From a virus: a DNA stretch of 64,000 bases. The DNA is taken from the IMG/VR virus record IMGVR_UViG_3300043446_003158, positions 64,001 through 128,000 of that record. One strand, written 5' to 3'. Each line of letters starts with the position of its first letter. The stretch's first letter is position 1. The notes beneath the pieces are model-generated. The model searched no databases. It had not been told where the DNA came from and saw only the letters and a list, made by a program, of their open reading frames with translations. This document shows, piece by piece, positions 1 to 9,091 of the stretch. Made by a program: the position numbers and the translations under genes.

Positions 1-174
1 GCAGACAAAGCAAGATTAGATTTTGAATTAGTTAGATTATTAAAATGTGGTGAAGCATATAAAAATGGAGTTATGTTTCATCCTGATAGTCCTTACTACA
101 AAATATGTGCCGATGTTGTTGTCAAATATCCAAAAGTTGAGGATGTAGTTAATGGATCCAATCGCACAAATTGA
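1..174 (+). CDS. 3' end of conserved cyanophage hypothetical protein (partial)
   Basis: Open frame from base 1: ADKARLDFELVRLLKCGEAYKNGVMFHPDSPYYKICADVVV...; TGA at 172-174 overlaps the start of the next ORF. Confidence 0.65.
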   Translation, partial: ADKARLDFELVRLLKCGEAYKNGVMFHPDSPYYKICADVVVKYPKVEDVVNGSNRTN

Positions 175-1033
175 TAATCCAAATTTAAAACCAATAATCG
201 GAAATAATCCGATCAATATACCAAATTCAAACATTAATAAAATTACTGGTCCATCTATAATTTCAACTATAGAAAAACCAACAATTTATGATGTTGAACA
301 ACCCGTTGTTCGTGGATTATCCATTCCTATAATTAATGCTCCAAATACTACAATAAACTACCCAGTTATTAATGTTCCAACTCAAGCAGAATTTGATGCG
401 GCAGTAAAGGCAGAACGTGAAAAACAAGAAGCAGAAAAACAAGAAAAAACTAGAGGACTTCCCTCAACACCTACTCCTGCCCCTCAACTGCCACAGGTTG
501 TTCAAACCCCCCCCGTTCAAACGCCAATTGCTGAAATACCAGCAGACAAACCAAACACTACTCCAACCTTTACTGTCGGTGGAATCAATATTAATTTACC
601 TGATCCTTCTCTTGTTGCTACGGCTGGTGCTGTCGCAGTAGTTACTACAGCTTCTACGATGATTGCCACACAAGTATTAAACGTAGTTAAAAATGCGGCA
701 GAACCAGTAATAAGAGAAGCAACAAAAAACAAATTTAAAATTAAAATCAAACAAGTCAAACCTGTTCTCCATTATGTTATGGCAGAAGAAGGGCATGTTG
801 ATATATTTGAATATTCATCAGAGGGAACACGTTTAATAACACAAACTGATAATGTAGAGCAATACATACGTGACCAAGTAGATACAAATTCTCTTTATGA
901 AATAGACAATAAAATTATTATTGATGATGTAATAAAAGACAAATTCACAAAAGAAGGGCAAGAAAGATTTAAATCTCTCTATGCCCCACCACAAAAGATT
1001 GCTAAAAAATTAGCAGCTAGATTATCATTCTAA
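152..1033 (+). CDS. Hypothetical Pro/Gln-rich protein with a hydrophobic segment
   Basis: 293-aa ORF; converges with the minus-strand block at 1030-1033. Confidence 0.75.
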   Translation: MDPIAQIDNPNLKPIIGNNPINIPNSNINKITGPSIISTIEKPTIYDVEQPVVRGLSIPIINAPNTTINYPVINVPTQAEFDAAVKAEREKQEAEKQEKTRGLPSTPTPAPQLPQVVQTPPVQTPIAEIPADKPNTTPTFTVGGININLPDPSLVATAGAVAVVTTASTMIATQVLNVVKNAAEPVIREATKNKFKIKIKQVKPVLHYVMAEEGHVDIFEYSSEGTRLITQTDNVEQYIRDQVDTNSLYEIDNKIIIDDVIKDKFTKEGQERFKSLYAPPQKIAKKLAARLSF

Positions 1034-1185
1034 AGTTCAAAGTTTGAAATAAACCAAGTAATAATTGCTGCTGGAATATAAGCAATTATATTATAAAGTG
1101 CATCAAGCAATACGTTATCAAATTTAGATGACTTTTTTTGAAGTTTTTCTTTCTGTTCTTCTTCAGATAGACTTTTTGCTTGCAT
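1030..1185 (-). CDS. Small protein with C-terminal membrane helix
   Basis: Likely start MQAKSLSEEE within the longer track ORF; C-terminal hydrophobic helix. Confidence 0.5.
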   Translation of the reverse strand: MQAKSLSEEEQKEKLQKKSSKFDNVLLDALYNIIAYIPAAIITWFISNFEL

Positions 1186-1591
1186 TTCGTTTTGCCTCCA
1201 ATAAAGCAAAATCTTTTTTCTTTGTACCACCATCATATTCCCAAGCATATCCTTCAGAAACCATTTGATTGTTAATTGAAGTTGATTCTCCATTTATAAA
1301 CAAATGCCCAATAATACGTCCATACTTTTCCGTACTATCGGGCAATTCTGTTTTGATTATAATATCTTTAGCAAACTCTAATCTATGCTTGAGCCAATCT
1401 TTGACTTCAAGTCCAAGTTTTTTTTCATACGCATCAGTGGTACGACTTTCAGGAGTATCCACACCAGCGAGGCGAATACGTTTAGTGAGAGAAATATCAA
1501 ACCCCAGGTCAATATCAGCGTCAATAGTATCTCCATCGACTACCTTATGAACTTCGCGGATCCGATATATGTATGGGTCTTTATCTGCCAT
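1163..1591 (-). CDS. Thermonuclease (SNase-like) endonuclease
   Basis: VVDGDTIDADIDLGF, RIRLAGVDTPESRT and EKYGRIIG motifs of the staphylococcal nuclease fold. Confidence 0.85.
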   Translation of the reverse strand: MADKDPYIYRIREVHKVVDGDTIDADIDLGFDISLTKRIRLAGVDTPESRTTDAYEKKLGLEVKDWLKHRLEFAKDIIIKTELPDSTEKYGRIIGHLFINGESTSINNQMVSEGYAWEYDGGTKKKDFALLEAKRNASKKSI

Positions 1592-1803
1592 TAGAAAGGA
1601 AACTTAATACTCCCAGTATTTAGTTTAGGAATAGGTAGTTTTTCAAATGCTTTATTCACTTGATTCTCAACAACTTTTCCAACAAACTCTTCTGGGTTAT
1701 TGAGAATTGATTCTGCTTTTTTATAAGTTACATAAGCACCATAACATAGTGCTCCACTAATTGTCAGACTTGTGATGGACAGAATGAGTGCTAGATGTTT
1801 CAT
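1591..1803 (-). CDS. Hypothetical protein with N-terminal membrane anchor
   Basis: 70-aa ORF, stop/start coupled to the nuclease gene. Confidence 0.65.
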   Translation of the reverse strand: MKHLALILSITSLTISGALCYGAYVTYKKAESILNNPEEFVGKVVENQVNKAFEKLPIPKLNTGSIKFPF

Positions 1804-1909
1804 CTTTCATTTCCTCGTTTGCTAATTTTAATATGTAGTAAATGCAATATAATGTAAATAAAAGACCACAAGATAATATTATTACAACTCCCCAAGGAAA
1901 ATCATTCAT
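1757..1909 (-). CDS. Small membrane protein (not in ORF track)
   Basis: Manual translation MNDFPWGVVIILSCGLLFTLYCIYYILKLANEEMKDE..., 50 aa. Confidence 0.5.
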   Translation of the reverse strand: MNDFPWGVVIILSCGLLFTLYCIYYILKLANEEMKDETSSTHSVHHKSDN

Positions 1910-2102
1910 TCCACCATCCCTCCTGTTTATGTATCCAGACTTTTAAATCTTTTACATATTTTCTTAATATGTTTGCTTGCTCTTCATGCCAAAAATCACC
2001 CGTTTCCATAAAGAGACGGGTGTGATTATCTATAGCTTTAAGTATTTGGTGGATTGGAGCATTCCAACACTCCCTCTTTGGAGTGTTCCATTCTCTGGGC
2101 AT
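1902..2102 (-). CDS. Conserved cyanophage hypothetical protein
   Basis: MPREWNTPKRECWNAPIHQILKAIDNH..., 66 aa. Confidence 0.65.
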   Translation of the reverse strand: MPREWNTPKRECWNAPIHQILKAIDNHTRLFMETGDFWHEEQANILRKYVKDLKVWIHKQEGWWNE

Positions 2103-2203
2103 TTGTATTCAACTGTATAAAGTTGGTTTTTATAAATCAAATCTGCTTGGCATAAATTAGGACCAATCATAACATTACCAGCAATCAAAACTTCAACTAA
2201 CAT
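2030..2203 (-). CDS. Small hypothetical protein (overlaps 1902-2102 in another frame)
   Basis: Manual translation MLVEVLIAGNVMIGPNLCQADLIYKNQLYTVEYKC..., start coupled to the upstream stop. Confidence 0.4.
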   Translation of the reverse strand: MLVEVLIAGNVMIGPNLCQADLIYKNQLYTVEYKCPENGTLQRGSVGMLQSTKYLKL

Positions 2204-2310
2204 TACTTCTTTTTACCCCCATTTTTTGCCTTTTTGGCAGTGGCATTTCCACAATTCTGCTTTTTATTATTAGCAGATCCTTTTTTACCTTTATTTGGAG
2301 ATTTAGACAT
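2203..2310 (-). CDS. Small Lys-rich basic protein
   Basis: MSKSPNKGKKGSANNKKQNCGNATAKKAKNGGKKK, stop/start coupled on both sides. Confidence 0.55.
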   Translation of the reverse strand: MSKSPNKGKKGSANNKKQNCGNATAKKAKNGGKKK

Positions 2311-2663
2311 TAGACTCCTGTGCGGGGTTGAACATATCCTTCAGTATCATCAACTTTAGTTTCAAGTGCTTCAACTCTTTCTTCAAGAGTTACTGATGTT
2401 TCTAAAACTGCTGGTGGTTCTGGTGGCGCTTCTACAAATTCTTCTCTACGTGGTTGATCTTTTTTTTCATCATCATCTCCACCTTTTTTCATAGTATTAA
2501 TACCAAAGGTAGCAGCAGAAGCCGTGAAGACCGTAGCAATAAAGGTTGGGTCCATCTTGGATAGGGCACCAGCATAACTAGCGGTGAGAAGGGCAGCAGA
2601 CCATCCCAGAATGGCAATACGAATAACTTGTCCCATACATTTTTCTCTTTTTGTGTTTTCCAT
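2310..2663 (-). CDS. Two-TM membrane protein, holin candidate
   Basis: Two hydrophobic helices followed by a charged tail; directly downstream of the lysozyme gene. Confidence 0.55.
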   Translation of the reverse strand: MENTKREKCMGQVIRIAILGWSAALLTASYAGALSKMDPTFIATVFTASAATFGINTMKKGGDDDEKKDQPRREEFVEAPPEPPAVLETSVTLEERVEALETKVDDTEGYVQPRTGV

Positions 2664-2680
2664 TTGTCCTTAGTGTGAAG

Positions 2681-3349
2681 TTAACCTTTTTTCCAAGCTT
2701 CACCTTCTGCTTTTCTTCTACGTGCTAGTCCTGCTTCTACATTAGAACCAGGATTTCTGTAGAGGTAAAGCGCATCGGGCACCTTATCCCATTCTTTATT
2801 TTTTAAGACACGAGTAATAGTATTAAAATTATCGCCACCATAAAACCCAGCGCCCAAATTATAAGCGAAGGATAGAAGGGCACCTCTTTTGCCATCACTC
2901 ATTTCATTCCAATATGGAATTTTACGAAGTGCTGGTAGGAAATGTTTCTTCGCTTCATCAATCAGTAGCTCATCTGCTTCTGCTTGAGTAATCGTATCTC
3001 CCATCTTGAATGGTGATCCATCCTTCTTACGAGTGCATCCCCAACCAATAGTGATTGGAAGATTACCTGAGAGAGGATCTGGATAAGCATTCAATCTACA
3101 TCCTTCAAACTCTTTCACTAATTTGATTCCCATTTGTGGAACATCATCACCACCTGCTACAGGAGCTGCAGCAGCAGTGGGTGCTGGTGCAGCATTACCC
3201 TTTTTTCCCCTATAAATCTCCGCCCAATCAATATTATCTTCTAGATACTTGACTGGCAGATTATCTTCTAACCACTGTACAGCTTTAACGTGATTAGGAT
3301 TCTTCTCGTCATAAAACTTGAAGAAGTTATGTAAATCAATTCTTGCCAT
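2681..3349 (-). CDS. Phage lysozyme/endolysin (GH24) with N-terminal accessory domain
   Basis: KEFEGCRLNAYPD...TIGWG catalytic region, ALLSFAYNLG, GLARRRKAE. Confidence 0.9.
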   Translation of the reverse strand: MARIDLHNFFKFYDEKNPNHVKAVQWLEDNLPVKYLEDNIDWAEIYRGKKGNAAPAPTAAAAPVAGGDDVPQMGIKLVKEFEGCRLNAYPDPLSGNLPITIGWGCTRKKDGSPFKMGDTITQAEADELLIDEAKKHFLPALRKIPYWNEMSDGKRGALLSFAYNLGAGFYGGDNFNTITRVLKNKEWDKVPDALYLYRNPGSNVEAGLARRRKAEGEAWKKG

Positions 3350-3473
3350 TTTGTCCTCCGAAATACCTTTGATAAAGTTCGTTTGCTTCCTTATGCCTAC
3401 CGTTATTTGTAAGATCCTTAATCACTTTAAGCATCTTTCTTTTAAAATTAGTCGAAGATTCTTCCCCATCCAT
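3336..3473 (-). CDS. Small hypothetical protein
   Basis: MDGEESSTNFKRKMLKVIKDLTNNGRHKEANELYQRYFGG; fills the gap between the two lysins. Confidence 0.5.
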   Translation of the reverse strand: MDGEESSTNFKRKMLKVIKDLTNNGRHKEANELYQRYFGGQNGKN

Positions 3474-4119
3474 CGTTGCCTCCTGGACACCAACGGTGCT
3501 TAAGAACTGCTTTGGTGTAAATGGTTTTCTTGCCATTTGTTACTGGACCCGTGTAGTTGTCATTAAGTGAACCATAAGGATCATTTACATAGTATCCTTT
3601 ACCATCTGGGGTCTTACCAATTACAACACACATGTGCCCACCAGTAGGTGCAGAAAGAGAACCCCTATGGAGTATGCCAATAACAACGGGCTTTCCAGCG
3701 TCCAAACTTTTATCAATATCAGCAAAAGATAAATTGTAACTAAAGTGTGACTTAACACCATAACCTGCCAGAACTTTCGTCTGTACCGCATGGTCAGTTG
3801 TATCACCAATTGCAAATACTTTCTTAACGTATTCGTCATCACCTTTAATGCTTCCTGGCTTGAGGAAAGCAAGGCACATAGCGCACGATGAAGAGTTGCA
3901 AGTTCTATGTGCATCTCTATAATTGTCTACTTGATTGAAGTATGGAACTGCAAGAACTTCTGGTGTAGGTGGTTTAGTTCTAAAAATTCCAATCCATTCT
4001 GTTTCCGAATCATCAAGGAATTGAGCAGGAAGGTTATCTTCCAACCACTGAACTGCCGCCACATGGTTCGCATTACCATCATCATAATATTTGAAAAAAT
4101 TATGAAGATCTAATGTCAT
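3448..4119 (-). CDS. Peptidase C39-like (papain fold) protein with N-terminal accessory domain
   Basis: VPYFNQ, CNSSSCAM (Cys), GGHMCVV (His), VNDPYG (Asp); likely start MTLDLHNFF. Confidence 0.8.
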   Translation of the reverse strand: MTLDLHNFFKYYDDGNANHVAAVQWLEDNLPAQFLDDSETEWIGIFRTKPPTPEVLAVPYFNQVDNYRDAHRTCNSSSCAMCLAFLKPGSIKGDDEYVKKVFAIGDTTDHAVQTKVLAGYGVKSHFSYNLSFADIDKSLDAGKPVVIGILHRGSLSAPTGGHMCVVIGKTPDGKGYYVNDPYGSLNDNYTGPVTNGKKTIYTKAVLKHRWCPGGNDGWGRIFD

Positions 4120-4150
4120 GCCTTTCTCCCGAATGCAACTAAAGTATTTA

Positions 4151-4357
4151 TTAATATGAGTATTCTTCAATCTTATCTAATACTTTATTAAGGTATTGAT
4201 GTGCTAACCATTTTGGATCATAACTAGATTTATCCATCCATTCTCTATCCAAATCTCTTTTAATTTTAAGAACTTCACACTTTATAATATCCCTAGTCAG
4301 TTGTCCGCGTGGCATAGACATAAAAAAACTCTGCTGCTTATTTAGCAACAGAGTCAA
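4151..4357 (-). CDS. Hypothetical protein
   Basis: ORF; likely start MSMPRGQLT. Confidence 0.55.
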   Translation of the reverse strand: MTLLLNKQQSFFMSMPRGQLTRDIIKCEVLKIKRDLDREWMDKSSYDPKWLAHQYLNKVLDKIEEYSY

Positions 4358-4375
4358 ATAATATTACTTATTATT

Positions 4376-4915
4376 TCAAACAGTGGCACCAACTTTTACA
4401 TTTGCAGAAACATATTCAAGAACTTTATCTGGAGTTGTTTCTTCATAAGGATCGGTATCCCCATTATCACGTAAACCCTCTTCAACAAAAAGTTTTTCAA
4501 TAATTCCGTTATCTACAACAGCAGCATATCGCCAAGAACGATTACCAAAACCAAGATTTGATTTATTCACAAGCATACCCATAGAGCGTGTGAAATATGC
4601 ATTACCATCTGGAATTAAAGTAATCTTTTCAATATTTTGGTCCTTTGCCCAGGCATTCATCACAAACCCATCATTAACAGAGATGCAATAAATATCGTCG
4701 ATGCCAAGACCAATAAAGTCGTCGTATTTCTCTTCGAATCCAGGTAACTGATAGGCACTGCAAGTAGGAGTGAAAGCACCAGGCAAACTAAAAATGACCA
4801 CACGTTTATCATTAAACAGTTCTGATGTTGTACGATTTACAAATTCTCCATTTTCCCTGAATAAAAATTGAACTTCAGGAATAGTATATCCTTCGCTACG
4901 CATTTTAACCTCCAT
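4376..4915 (-). CDS. Peroxiredoxin (Prx5-like)
   Basis: FSLPGAFTPTCS peroxidatic motif, CISVND, RSWRYA. Confidence 0.92.
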   Translation of the reverse strand: MEVKMRSEGYTIPEVQFLFRENGEFVNRTTSELFNDKRVVIFSLPGAFTPTCSAYQLPGFEEKYDDFIGLGIDDIYCISVNDGFVMNAWAKDQNIEKITLIPDGNAYFTRSMGMLVNKSNLGFGNRSWRYAAVVDNGIIEKLFVEEGLRDNGDTDPYEETTPDKVLEYVSANVKVGATV

Positions 4916-4925
4916 AATTTTTTTA

Positions 4926-5447
4926 TTAGTTTTTTAATTTTAATCCACAAAAAAGAACTTTTTTTTCTGTTTTACACACATCACCATAATGTCCTAATGA
5001 AGCAAGAAAAAAGATTCCATTTCCTTTTCTAGGTTTAATTGATTTTATTGTTTTTCTTTTTTCATTTAAAGTAAATACAGTTTCCCCACCATCACAATCA
5101 TTTAAATAAATTAAAAACCCAAAATCTTCATTATGATCATGCTTATGAAATTTTTGATATCCTCCAGGATAATAATGTATAATATGAGACCAAAATAATT
5201 CAAATTTTTGTTCAAATTTTTTTTCAAAATCTTGTTTTATAGATTCTAAAAAATTAACTAGGTCATCATCATAATCTAATAAATTATCAGTATGATCTCC
5301 ATTTTCAGTAACAACTTTATTCGCTGGAGAATAGTTTTCTTCATTCCTCCAATAAATTGAATTTTTTTTATAAAACTCCAATTTATCTAATAAAAAATTT
5401 AGAGATTCATCATTAATTTTAAATTCATATAAAGAAGGAAGTTTCAT
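4926..5447 (-). CDS. 2OG-Fe(II) oxygenase superfamily protein
   Basis: HKHD (HxD), YLND..GGET, distal His (GHYG); very AT-rich. Confidence 0.75.
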   Translation of the reverse strand: MKLPSLYEFKINDESLNFLLDKLEFYKKNSIYWRNEENYSPANKVVTENGDHTDNLLDYDDDLVNFLESIKQDFEKKFEQKFELFWSHIIHYYPGGYQKFHKHDHNEDFGFLIYLNDCDGGETVFTLNEKRKTIKSIKPRKGNGIFFLASLGHYGDVCKTEKKVLFCGLKLKN

Positions 5448-5490
5448 TCTAATTATGATATAATATGTTCTCTATATCATATCATATTAT

Positions 5491-5610
5491 TTAAAAAATA
5501 CCAGGAATAATTTGACCAGTGGTAAGATAAGAAGCAACTCCAGCAACAAATCCAATCATCGCAAAACGAGCATTAAGAATTTCTGCTTCGGGGGTAAATC
5601 CAAATTTCAT
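5491..5610 (-). CDS. hli: High-light-inducible protein (short HLIP, not in ORF track)
   Basis: [39 protein letters not shown] carries the ExxNxRxAMIG chlorophyll-binding motif. Confidence 0.9.
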   Translation of the reverse strand: MKFGFTPEAEILNARFAMIGFVAGVASYLTTGQIIPGIF

Positions 5611-5819
5611 TTGTTTTCTCCTTGATAAGAGTGTTTTTGTTTAAGGTCTGGGTTTGGATTACAAACCAGTTTTTGTTTGATAGGTTTAATCACAATAAAC
5701 TTATCACTTTTAAGAGTGCCTGCAATTTTAACTTCTAGTTCTGCATTTTTGTCCCAGGCACCAGTATTAATTAACTCTTGAAGGGCAAGATTAAATTGCC
5801 CAAGCATGTTTGCACTCAC
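5607..5819 (-). CDS. Hypothetical protein
   Basis: 70-aa ORF coupled between petF and hli. Confidence 0.6.
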   Translation of the reverse strand: MSANMLGQFNLALQELINTGAWDKNAELEVKIAGTLKSDKFIVIKPIKQKLVCNPNPDLKQKHSYQGENK

Positions 5820-6106
5820 AGATTCTCTTCCTGTTCAGTAAGGATCACACAATCGCTAGTGGGGTATGCTACACAGGTTAGCACCCAACCATCTGCAACT
5901 TGTTCATCATCAAGAAAAGATTGATCCTCATTATCTACTGTACCACTGATAAGTTTACCAGCACAAGCGGAACAAGCACCAGCACGGCAACTGGAAGGAA
6001 GATCTACGCCTGCCTCTTCAGCAGCGTCCATAATATATTGATCTTCAGGACACTGAATGGTAGTTTCAGTTCCATCGGGAGATTGGAGGGTAATGTTAAA
6101 TGCCAT
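5816..6106 (-). CDS. petF: Plant-type [2Fe-2S] ferredoxin
   Basis: [15 protein letters not shown] ... [11 protein letters not shown]. Confidence 0.95.
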   Translation of the reverse strand: MAFNITLQSPDGTETTIQCPEDQYIMDAAEEAGVDLPSSCRAGACSACAGKLISGTVDNEDQSFLDDEQVADGWVLTCVAYPTSDCVILTEQEENL

Positions 6107-6192
6107 TAATAAGTCTCACAAATTTTTTCTACAGATGCTGCCAGTAAAACAAAGAAAGCAACACTAGTAATTGTAAAGATAGTTGAAGTCAT
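6106..6192 (-). CDS. 28-aa single-TM microprotein
   Basis: [28 protein letters not shown]; its TAA overlaps the petF ATG. Confidence 0.5.
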   Translation of the reverse strand: MTSTIFTITSVAFFVLLAASVEKICETY

Positions 6193-6206
6193 TGTCAAGC
6201 CCCTAA

Positions 6207-6410
6207 TCAGAAGATCCCGAAGAAGAGTTTGCCAGTGATAAAATAAGAAATAGCACCAGCAAAAATCCCGACCATTGCCCAGCGCCCATTATACATCTCC
6301 GTAGTTTGCATGGGGGTCAGAAGACCTTTACGTTTGTATTCTTGATAAACCATTTCAGGCTCTTTGGCCCACATGTTTTGTTGTCCGTACTCATTAGTTG
6401 TTACAGTCAT
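6207..6410 (-). CDS. hli: High-light-inducible protein with N-terminal extension
   Basis: TEMYNGRWAMVGIF motif; likely start MTVTTNEYGQQ, downstream of the promoter at 6438-6466. Confidence 0.88.
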   Translation of the reverse strand: MTVTTNEYGQQNMWAKEPEMVYQEYKRKGLLTPMQTTEMYNGRWAMVGIFAGAISYFITGKLFFGIF

Positions 6411-6437
6411 TGTAGTTTTGTAAAGAACTGTTACAAT

Positions 6438-6466
6438 ATTATATAGCAAAAATAAAGAGGGGTCAA
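6438..6466 (-). promoter_or_regulatory. Sigma70-type promoter TTGACC-17-TATAAT overlapping a terminator hairpin
   Basis: Minus strand AAAGAGGGTC-TTGACCCCTCTTTATTTTTGCTA-TATAAT. Confidence 0.75.
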
Positions 6467-6505
6467 GACCCTCTTTGTTCGGATATCCTAACACAATAAG
6501 TATAT

Positions 6506-7297
6506 TTACTCAGACGATTTAACAATTGGTATTCTGTTAGCATAAGCATCATAATCAAATATAAAGTTCCAATCTGAAATATCAACTGCTTCATTTCTCC
6601 AAAATTGCCACAGACCCTCATAACTACTTCTATGAAAACTATCTATATGGTCATCATGAATATCGGATCCCAACTCAATTTTATACATAAACAAAGGCAT
6701 TGCAAAAGTATTTCCAGAATTGTAAATTAAATCATCTGCTACTGCTCTTGGTTTTACTCCGTTATCAAGTTTATACTTATCTTCCCTACAATGAAGATTG
6801 ATAAGTTTTTGTGCATGATGACGAGTTATTAAATAACATGCCGTAGAAAAATCATTAACAAATCTACGATGAAGTCTCATATGTATTTGAGATGGATTAA
6901 TAATCGCTAATTGTATTACATCATAATCATAAGGAATCTTACAATAAAAGTCTTTCCAATTAAATGGCCAATGTTTTACAGTATCTAAATCACAATCATC
7001 TTCCATAATTAAAGCAACTTGTTCATTAGAAAATTCTAAAAAATGCTTTAATGCTTTTAAATGTGAAGTAACGCACCCTACTTCTCCAGAATTCATCATA
7101 TCTGGATATCTTCCTTTAAGCAAATGTCCAAGATCATCATCTCTACCATCATAAGCAGATATACGAGTATAATTTTCTATTTGCCAATATTTAAATTGTT
7201 CCTCCATGTATTTGGCACGTTCTTGTTTATCATCTAAATTAATATAATAGATGTGTGGAAGACCCTTAAGTTTATATGCAGATTTATTTTTATCCAT
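6506..7297 (-). CDS. Glycosyltransferase family 25
   Basis: YYINLDDKQER, GEVGCVTSH, IMEDD. Confidence 0.85.
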   Translation of the reverse strand: MDKNKSAYKLKGLPHIYYINLDDKQERAKYMEEQFKYWQIENYTRISAYDGRDDDLGHLLKGRYPDMMNSGEVGCVTSHLKALKHFLEFSNEQVALIMEDDCDLDTVKHWPFNWKDFYCKIPYDYDVIQLAIINPSQIHMRLHRRFVNDFSTACYLITRHHAQKLINLHCREDKYKLDNGVKPRAVADDLIYNSGNTFAMPLFMYKIELGSDIHDDHIDSFHRSSYEGLWQFWRNEAVDISDWNFIFDYDAYANRIPIVKSSE

Positions 7298-7298
7298 A

Positions 7299-8009
7299 TC
7301 AATCTAAATTTTCTAATAAACAACCTTGCCAAGCAAGTGGTAAAACTCTTTCAAAGAAATGAGATTCCATAGGATTTGGATCATAATCAGTATAATCTAT
7401 CATTTTTTGATAAAACTTTTTAGTGTACTTTAAAATATTCTGTTTGGGGACAACAAAATTTGCACCTGGGCAGAATGACAAATATTCTGGAATTTGTTTT
7501 ATAATGAATAAATCTTCCAAAAAATCTTTTATATTTTTTATTCTGGGATAAACTTTTAAATCTTTATTATCTCCCATAAATCTTTCAGTTTTTTCCAAGT
7601 GAGAAGAATCATTTACATAAAATCCTTCTCCCCATGGTTCAAAATAATTTTTTTCTCCAGTTCCTATTGGATCGTTATCTATTGGGACAAACCAATTTGC
7701 ATTCAAAGCATAAATTAATCTTTCCCGATTAGTATAAGTTCTCCAAGTTATATTACCTTTAATTAAAATATTAATATCAGCAAGATCATCATAATTTTCG
7801 ACAATATATCTACCATAATCATATATGTTAGATCCAACATTTGGTGACTCAAATACTTTTCCCAAATGTTTGTATTGATCTACTCCATTTCCACTTCTAT
7901 CATAAATGTAAATATGTTCTGAGGTTATTCCATGATCTTCAAGATCTTTTAACCATTCTAAATCATGACTAGAATGATTTGTGACTACAATTCTTCTACT
8001 TATACTCAT
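7299..8009 (-). CDS. DUF3431-like protein
   Basis: NVGSNIYDYGRYIVENYDDL, PGANFVVPKQNILK, HFFERVLP. Confidence 0.65.
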   Translation of the reverse strand: MSISRRIVVTNHSSHDLEWLKDLEDHGITSEHIYIYDRSGNGVDQYKHLGKVFESPNVGSNIYDYGRYIVENYDDLADINILIKGNITWRTYTNRERLIYALNANWFVPIDNDPIGTGEKNYFEPWGEGFYVNDSSHLEKTERFMGDNKDLKVYPRIKNIKDFLEDLFIIKQIPEYLSFCPGANFVVPKQNILKYTKKFYQKMIDYTDYDPNPMESHFFERVLPLAWQGCLLENLD

Positions 8010-9091
8010 TGTTTCTTAAATTTATTAAATGCAGATTCAATCACAACATGCATATCCATATACTTATATTCAGATAGTCTACCCCCAAATATAGTATTTG
8101 TCAATAATTTAGATTTTTCTTTATACTTATTAAAAATATTTTGGTTATAAAAATCGTTTATTGGATAATATGGTGTTAATCCAATCCTATATTCTATAGA
8201 ATATTCTTTAGTAATGATAGTATTTTTTGTGTTTACGTTTTCAAAGTGCTTATGCTCTACAATTCTAGTCCATTTTTTAGTATCACAAGTATAATTCATT
8301 TGAGAAACTGCTTGATAATTATCTGAATTAATAATTTCAGTATCAAATTTTAATGACCGATACTGTAAATTTCCATACTCATAATCAAAAAATTCATCTA
8401 TACATCCAGTATATACTATAGTTTTTGCCAAGGAATTGTAATAATTTTTGTCAGAAAAATAATCAACACCTAGTTGAATTGGTATTCCCTCAAGCATGTT
8501 TTCAAACATTTTAGTATATCCACCTACTGGAATACCTTGATATCTATCATTGAAATAATTATTATCAAAAGTAAATCTTAAAGGAAGTCTTTTAATTATA
8601 AAGGAGGGAAGATCCTTTGCAGATCTTCCCCAATGTTTTTCAGTATATCCTTTAATTAAAGTGTTGTATATATCCTCACCAACAAGAGCCAGCGCCTGTT
8701 CTTCAAGATTTCCAACAGTTCCCTTAAATTTTTGAGATTCTATTATTGTTTTTACCTGTTGAGGATCTTTAGTATTCCACAATTCATAAAAAGTATTCAT
8801 ATTAAATGGCAAAGAATATAATTTATTCTTATGCCATGCTTTAGGAGAATGTATATAATTGTTAAATTCAGCAAATCTATTTACAAAATTCCAAACTAGT
8901 TTGTTACTAGTATGAAATATATGTGGACCATATTCATGAACATTTATCCCTTCAATATTTTTAGTATAGCAATTTCCAGCAATATGATTTCTCTTATCTA
9001 TAATTAAACAAGACTTGCCATTATCTACGGCAAGTCTTGCAAATGTAGATCCGAACAAACCACAACCAATTATTAAATAATCATATTTCAT
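8006..9091 (-). CDS. glf: UDP-galactopyranose mutase
   Basis: GCGLFG FAD motif, HEYGPHIFHT, YQGIPVGGY, GRLSEYKYMDM. Confidence 0.93.
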   Translation of the reverse strand: MKYDYLIIGCGLFGSTFARLAVDNGKSCLIIDKRNHIAGNCYTKNIEGINVHEYGPHIFHTSNKLVWNFVNRFAEFNNYIHSPKAWHKNKLYSLPFNMNTFYELWNTKDPQQVKTIIESQKFKGTVGNLEEQALALVGEDIYNTLIKGYTEKHWGRSAKDLPSFIIKRLPLRFTFDNNYFNDRYQGIPVGGYTKMFENMLEGIPIQLGVDYFSDKNYYNSLAKTIVYTGCIDEFFDYEYGNLQYRSLKFDTEIINSDNYQAVSQMNYTCDTKKWTRIVEHKHFENVNTKNTIITKEYSIEYRIGLTPYYPINDFYNQNIFNKYKEKSKLLTNTIFGGRLSEYKYMDMHVVIESAFNKFKKQ

